Of a DNA stretch of 64,000 nucleotides, positions 60,189-64,000 are shown in pieces (position 1 is the first letter of the stretch; each line of letters opens with the position of its first letter). The stretch spans positions 22,232 through 86,231 of the IMG/VR virus record IMGVR_UViG_3300035520_001285; one strand, written 5' to 3'. The position numbers and the translations under genes are program-made. The stretch comes from a virus (lineage: Duplodnaviria > Caudoviricetes). The notes beneath the pieces are model-generated. The model had not been told where the DNA came from. It made no database searches and worked only from the letters and a program-made list of their open reading frames with translations.

Positions 60189-60383
60189 ATGACAATTTTT
60201 TTACATGGTTTATTCATATTTTTTATTTGCCTTTCAGCACTAATAATTTTAAAGGAGCTGTTTCTTTTTATTATTGCTTGGAAGAGTGATAAAAGTAATA
60301 AAACAACTATTTGCCGACAATGGATTACGGCAACGGCAATTTCATACATAATTACGATGATAATTCTTGGAGGGCAATGGTAA
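60189..60383 (+). CDS. Small two-TM membrane protein
   Basis: 64 aa with two hydrophobic segments. Confidence 0.55.
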   Translation: MTIFLHGLFIFFICLSALIILKELFLFIIAWKSDKSNKTTICRQWITATAISYIITMIILGGQW

Positions 60384-60952
60384 CGGAAGATATAACTGCG
60401 AGAATCACAAAACTTGGCAAATTCTTTGGCGAATTCAATATTAAAGATGATTTTGTATGGGTGGCGATAAGAGTTAAAAAGGATTGGAGCGTTCCACCCA
60501 TTAAAAAGGATGGTGTTATAAGCTATCTATACAACAAAGAAAAAAATCTTCACTATTATTTCGCTGAAATTATTGCTGAAAATGCTGTATCTAAAGTATT
60601 TGACGCTGCTGATAGTGTTATTGAACTCAATAAAGCTGTAGAAGAAAAAGCATTATTCTTTAAGGAAAAGGTTTCCGAGCTGCAACGTATCGTCGCCACT
60701 GAGCCTATTAGTAAATTACGAACACTCGAATTTACCTTTAATGAAATCAAAAATGGCAAAAAACGTAAGAAGAAAAAAACAGCTACAAATGAGGTCGCTG
60801 AAATACAAGAAGAAAAGAGTAATGATAACTCTGAAATAATTAATACTGAAGAAGTCGCCATATCTGAGCAATCTTTCGAAAATAACGAAATTGTGGCTGA
60901 AAATGAAGACGATAATTTACTCTCAGCTGCATTGAAAATGTCCGCTGAATAA
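60377..60952 (+). CDS. Hypothetical protein
   Basis: Track ORF 60311..60952; ATG 60377 overlapping the upstream stop preferred; coiled coil and acidic tail. Confidence 0.6.
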   Translation: MVTEDITARITKLGKFFGEFNIKDDFVWVAIRVKKDWSVPPIKKDGVISYLYNKEKNLHYYFAEIIAENAVSKVFDAADSVIELNKAVEEKALFFKEKVSELQRIVATEPISKLRTLEFTFNEIKNGKKRKKKKTATNEVAEIQEEKSNDNSEIINTEEVAISEQSFENNEIVAENEDDNLLSAALKMSAE

Positions 60953-60953
60953 A

Positions 60954-61340
60954 ATGAATTGGTTTATAATCTTTTGTTATATATGGTTTGTTTACGGTAT
61001 TAGTGTAATATTCACTCAGGGAATTGGGCCTTTTGCAATATTCTTACGAATTAGAAAATGGACGGAGAATATTGGAACTTTAACAGGGATGCTCTTTAAA
61101 TGTATGTTATGTTTCCCTACTAATGTCGGATGGGCAATGTCATTAATCAATTGGTTTTTAATCCCAGTTAAAATTACCCCTTTTAATATTATTTTAAATA
61201 GCACTAATTTATGGTGGTTAGCCATGATTTTAGACGCTTGTTTTGCAGGAGGCATTACTCACTTGATTTGGAATATTGACGATTATATTGATAAAAACAC
61301 CCCTATATTTGAAGATGAGGAAATAAATGATGGAAATTGA
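60954..61340 (+). CDS. Multi-pass membrane protein with CxxC (DUF1360-like)
   Basis: Three hydrophobic segments, GPFAIFLRIR and LFKCMLCF motif. Confidence 0.5.
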   Translation: MNWFIIFCYIWFVYGISVIFTQGIGPFAIFLRIRKWTENIGTLTGMLFKCMLCFPTNVGWAMSLINWFLIPVKITPFNIILNSTNLWWLAMILDACFAGGITHLIWNIDDYIDKNTPIFEDEEINDGN

Positions 61341-61578
61341 AGAAGCTAAAAATAATGAGTTAAATAAACTCAAAAAGGAAAAAGATAGTTTCCAAAACGA
61401 AATAGCCAAGGCTCAGGGAAGTTTTGCTAAGGATATGATGAATGGCATGGGGGTAGATATGATGAATACATTAAAATCGCCCGAAGTCCCAGATCATGAA
61501 AATAAAAATCCATTTTCAAGATTTTTCAAAAAACTAATCAAGACGCTAACACCAAATGAAGAAGATACTTTTATATAA
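61327..61578 (+). CDS. Small hypothetical protein
   Basis: 83 aa, overlapping neighbours in an operon. Confidence 0.5.
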   Translation: MMEIEEAKNNELNKLKKEKDSFQNEIAKAQGSFAKDMMNGMGVDMMNTLKSPEVPDHENKNPFSRFFKKLIKTLTPNEEDTFI

Positions 61579-61840
61579 AGATTTAGCTAATATTGCTTTC
61601 TTCTTAAAAGAAAATAGACTAAATGAAGATGGGAATTTAACTGTAACCATCAAAGTTAAAGACAAAGATACCCTAAACAAAATCAACGAGGAATTCTATT
61701 ACCGCTATGCTAATGGTGATAAGAGTACTAAACCAAAATATTGCGATGAATTGAACATCCAAATTGATGGCGTTGATTTCAAGTATTACGTAGAGGCTGA
61801 AGATGCTAAAGATAGTCAAGGGCAAAAATCTAATAAATGA
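61556..61840 (+). CDS. Small hypothetical protein
   Basis: 94 aa, overlapping neighbours in an operon. Confidence 0.55.
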   Translation: MKKILLYKDLANIAFFLKENRLNEDGNLTVTIKVKDKDTLNKINEEFYYRYANGDKSTKPKYCDELNIQIDGVDFKYYVEAEDAKDSQGQKSNK

Positions 61841-62498
61841 TATTTTTAACTTCGATGTGATTTTAGTGCCAATGAGTATTCATAATTCTTTCAACAAAGG
61901 TTTTAAATATGAAGTGGCTCTTAACTTTCCTATAGTCAAAGAATCTGAAAACCAAACTTCTTATGGTGATACTCGAAAATATGGCACAACGTATGAAGTA
62001 AAAATTGATAAATTAATTTTCTGCATATGTTATATGTATTCAACACCTTATTATAGAAGAGGTACAAATGATTTTGTAAAATACGATAGTCTTGAAAGGT
62101 GTTTAGAGGAAGTATTAATAAAATATAAAGACAAAAAAATTGCAGCTCCTTTACTTGGTGTAGATAAATTTGACGGAAATGGGAACAGGGAAAAAATTGT
62201 TGCTATTTTTCAAGGCGTTTTCAATAATAAAAATGTAACTTTGTATGACTGGAAACAGTGCGATTATAGTAAAGACCTTTTTGTAGAAATAGCTTCATTA
62301 CATAAGCTTATAAAAGAACATACCATAACACCAAAAGAATATCTTAAAAAAAGAAGTGAAATCGAATGGCGCCGCAGGTATGGGATTTTTAAAGGAAAAC
62401 CTGAAGATTATTTATATATTCCACGAAAAGGAGAGATAGAAAGTAATAAACTCGATTTAACTTGCAATGGCAAAAATAAAGATAACTTTAAACAATGA
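61803..62498 (+). CDS. Macro-domain-like protein (divergent)
   Basis: LKIVKGKNL...DVILVP..IHNSFNKGFKYEVALNFP and YDSLERCLEEV...KKIAAPLLGVDKFDG follow macro-fold order but lack the canonical GGG loop. Confidence 0.5.
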   Translation: MLKIVKGKNLINDIFNFDVILVPMSIHNSFNKGFKYEVALNFPIVKESENQTSYGDTRKYGTTYEVKIDKLIFCICYMYSTPYYRRGTNDFVKYDSLERCLEEVLIKYKDKKIAAPLLGVDKFDGNGNREKIVAIFQGVFNNKNVTLYDWKQCDYSKDLFVEIASLHKLIKEHTITPKEYLKKRSEIEWRRRYGIFKGKPEDYLYIPRKGEIESNKLDLTCNGKNKDNFKQ

Positions 62499-62859
62499 TC
62501 ATTTATTATTGATCAGCAACATTCATTTTGAAGAAGTACCTTCACTTCGTACTGAAACAAAAACGAAACTAACATGGGGAATCGATTTCTTCAATCTCTA
62601 TGGTGGTAATTTTTTGTTTGAAGATGTATCTCATATCTTGGGTAGATATAATGAACATATTGAAGGTACTGAAGATGATTGCATGGGCCCACGCTTCAAT
62701 AAGGACTTTGAGGATTACATGGTAGAATTACATGACTACATCGTAGAAAATATTGAATACATTGAAGAACTAATTCACTATTTCTCAAACAAGGGTGGGC
62801 TTATTGAAGGTACTTATATAAGAGGTAGTGATAATGCCCTTTGGAAAAGGCTAAACTAG
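62467..62859 (+). CDS. Hypothetical protein
   Basis: 130 aa, acidic, overlaps the upstream gene. Confidence 0.6.
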   Translation: MAKIKITLNNDHLLLISNIHFEEVPSLRTETKTKLTWGIDFFNLYGGNFLFEDVSHILGRYNEHIEGTEDDCMGPRFNKDFEDYMVELHDYIVENIEYIEELIHYFSNKGGLIEGTYIRGSDNALWKRLN

Positions 62860-62896
62860 TAATAACAATTTTCTCATTAAAATTGTTCATCAAAAT

Positions 62897-62927
62897 TTTG
62901 CTAATAAAAATTAAACCCCTAATTTTG
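62897..62927 (+). promoter_or_regulatory. Complete Bacteroidota-type promoter: TTTG (-33), 19-nt spacer, TAATTTTG (-7)
   Basis: TTTG at 62897-62900 and TAATTTTG at 62920-62927, upstream of the second sigma gene. Confidence 0.65.
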
Positions 62928-62974
62928 TTGTGTCAAAAACGACAAAGAACTAACAACGTAAAATTAAAAACAGT

Positions 62975-63835
62975 ATGAATCTTAAAAATTATTCGTGCAA
63001 ATATTTTGGTGGCAACGAAAACCTTAAAAGCTACCTGAACAGCATCCGTAGGCTCAAGGTGATGACGGCTGAAGAAGAAGCTGAAATGTTCAAACGTATT
63101 GCAAAAGGCGATGACAATGCAAGAGAACAAGTCGTAACTCGAAACCAGCGTTTTGTCTATTCGGTAGCCAAACTCTATTCCGCTGACGAAGATGAGGTAT
63201 TAGACCTTGTAAATGAAGGTAATATTGGTCTTATGGAGGCAATAGACCGATTCGACCCGTCTCTTGGCTTCAAATTCATTACATTTGCGGTTAACTACAT
63301 TCGCCGCTCAATGAATTCTTATCGTACAAATGACCGAAATATGATTGTTCAATCAAACAGTGCGAAGATTGGCAAGAAAGCTGATAAAGTACGCCAACGT
63401 TTCTTTGCCGAGCATGGCCACTCTCCTTCTAATGAACAGGTCGTAGAGCTTCTTAAAGAACAATATGATTTGGATATCAAAAATGTGGTTGATATCTATA
63501 CGGTCAATGTTGCATCTATCAATGAAGAAATTGATGATGATTATACATTGGAAAAGAATTCGGAATTCAACAGCAAAACGGCAAGTGCCAATACATATGA
63601 AACCGAAACAAACGATGCCTACAACAGAGCACTGATTAATCGTATTCTTGCAACAATTCCTGCTAAACAGGCCGATATCATTCGCATGGCCTATGGCATT
63701 GATTATCCAAGGGTATATTCTATAGCCGAAATCGGCGAGAAATACAACATGGATGAAGAGACTACAATTCAAGTAAAGAACAATATTTTGTTGTATCTAC
63801 ATCAAAACCGACACGATTATAAACTCGCAATCTAA
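62975..63835 (+). CDS. Phage sigma70-family factor (sigma B), Bacteroidota primary-sigma-sized, with degenerate WW dyad and region 4.2
   Basis: 286 aa; LKSYLNSIRRLKVMTAEEE, NQRFVYSVAKLY, DLVNEGNIGLMEAIDRFDPSLGFKFITFAVNYIRRSM; region 4 SIAEIGEKYNMDEETTIQV. Confidence 0.88.
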   Translation: MNLKNYSCKYFGGNENLKSYLNSIRRLKVMTAEEEAEMFKRIAKGDDNAREQVVTRNQRFVYSVAKLYSADEDEVLDLVNEGNIGLMEAIDRFDPSLGFKFITFAVNYIRRSMNSYRTNDRNMIVQSNSAKIGKKADKVRQRFFAEHGHSPSNEQVVELLKEQYDLDIKNVVDIYTVNVASINEEIDDDYTLEKNSEFNSKTASANTYETETNDAYNRALINRILATIPAKQADIIRMAYGIDYPRVYSIAEIGEKYNMDEETTIQVKNNILLYLHQNRHDYKLAI

Positions 63836-64000
63836 TCAACTACCCACTCCCTAAAGGGAGGGGCTTGCACCTAACCTTTCGGGTCGATGCATTTGGGCGG
63901 TTGACTGCGCCCTGTCTCTCAGGATGTCAAGTGTTCCGTCTTTCGGAACATTCATCGAGAAAGGATGTCTGCCACGTTTGGCTATATTGACCGCTGCATT
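63835..64000 (-). mobile_element. Right end of an IS200/IS605-family element (reRNA scaffold region), continuing beyond the window
   Basis: Minus strand ends ...GCAAGCCCCTCCCTTTAGGGAGTGGGTAGTTGAT with hairpin CTCCC-TTTA-GGGAG, a second hairpin TGTTCCG-AAAGA-CGGAACA, and an internal GTCAAC able to pair with the terminal GTTGAT. Confidence 0.75.
63851..64000 (-). CDS. tnpB: TnpB C-terminal fragment (5'-truncated by the window edge)
   Basis: Hand translation NAAVNIAKRGRHPFSMNVPKDGTLDILRDRAQSTAQMHRPERLGASPSL*; NAAxNI is the motif following the last RuvC Asp of TnpB. Confidence 0.75.
   Translation of the reverse strand, partial: NAAVNIAKRGRHPFSMNVPKDGTLDILRDRAQSTAQMHRPERLGASPSL

Noticed and set aside
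1-64000. Stop-codon reassignment (TAG to Gln or TGA to Trp) as in Lak and some crAss-like phages
   Set aside because: ORFs up to 1784 aa are uninterrupted in the standard code, and TAG (11681, 17453, 24824, 37956, 62859) and TGA (5625, 33146, 46460) end genes right before terminators or the next start.
63835-64000. IscB omega-RNA/HEARO on the plus strand (starts like TCAACTACCC...GCTTG...GTTGAC)
   Set aside because: The same end sequence is shared with TnpB elements read in reverse, and the minus strand encodes the TnpB NAAxNI motif in an open frame, so a tnpB right end fits better.
1-64000. CRISPR array, tRNA or rRNA genes
   Set aside because: No regularly spaced direct repeats or tRNA T-loop/cloverleaf signatures were noticed in the short intergenic regions. 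A tRNAscan/CRISPR scan would be needed to exclude them fully.

Overview
AT-rich, gene-dense 64 kb segment of a large contractile-tailed (jumbo/mega-type) phage read in the standard genetic code. The host is most likely a Bacteroidota member, inferred from repeated TAnnTTTG promoter boxes and a Bacteroidota-sized sigma70 homolog. The window carries: the 3' end of a tape-measure-like gene; baseplate/hub genes including a giant hub with amidase and tail-lysozyme domains; gp25- and gp6-like wedge genes; a long block of large structural proteins and two paralogous tail fibres; a replication/recombination set (gp32-like SSB, RecA/UvsX, 5'-3' exonuclease, intein-containing DnaB helicase, primase, RuvC-like resolvase, SbcD, SbcC); anaerobic RNR (nrdD/nrdG); small putative head proteins; a putative lysis cluster; a macro-like protein; two sigma70-family genes; and, at the right edge, the right end plus tnpB C-terminus of an IS200/IS605-family element abutting the stop codon of the second sigma gene. 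The most notable signal is an apparent two-tier transcription programme. Host-type TATATTTG boxes precede replication genes and both sigma genes, while a TATTTAT box sits 19-22 nt before several structural or uncharacterised genes. One sigma keeps the WW dyad and ERVRQI motif; the other has lost both. All product calls come from motif recognition by eye; no database searches were run.
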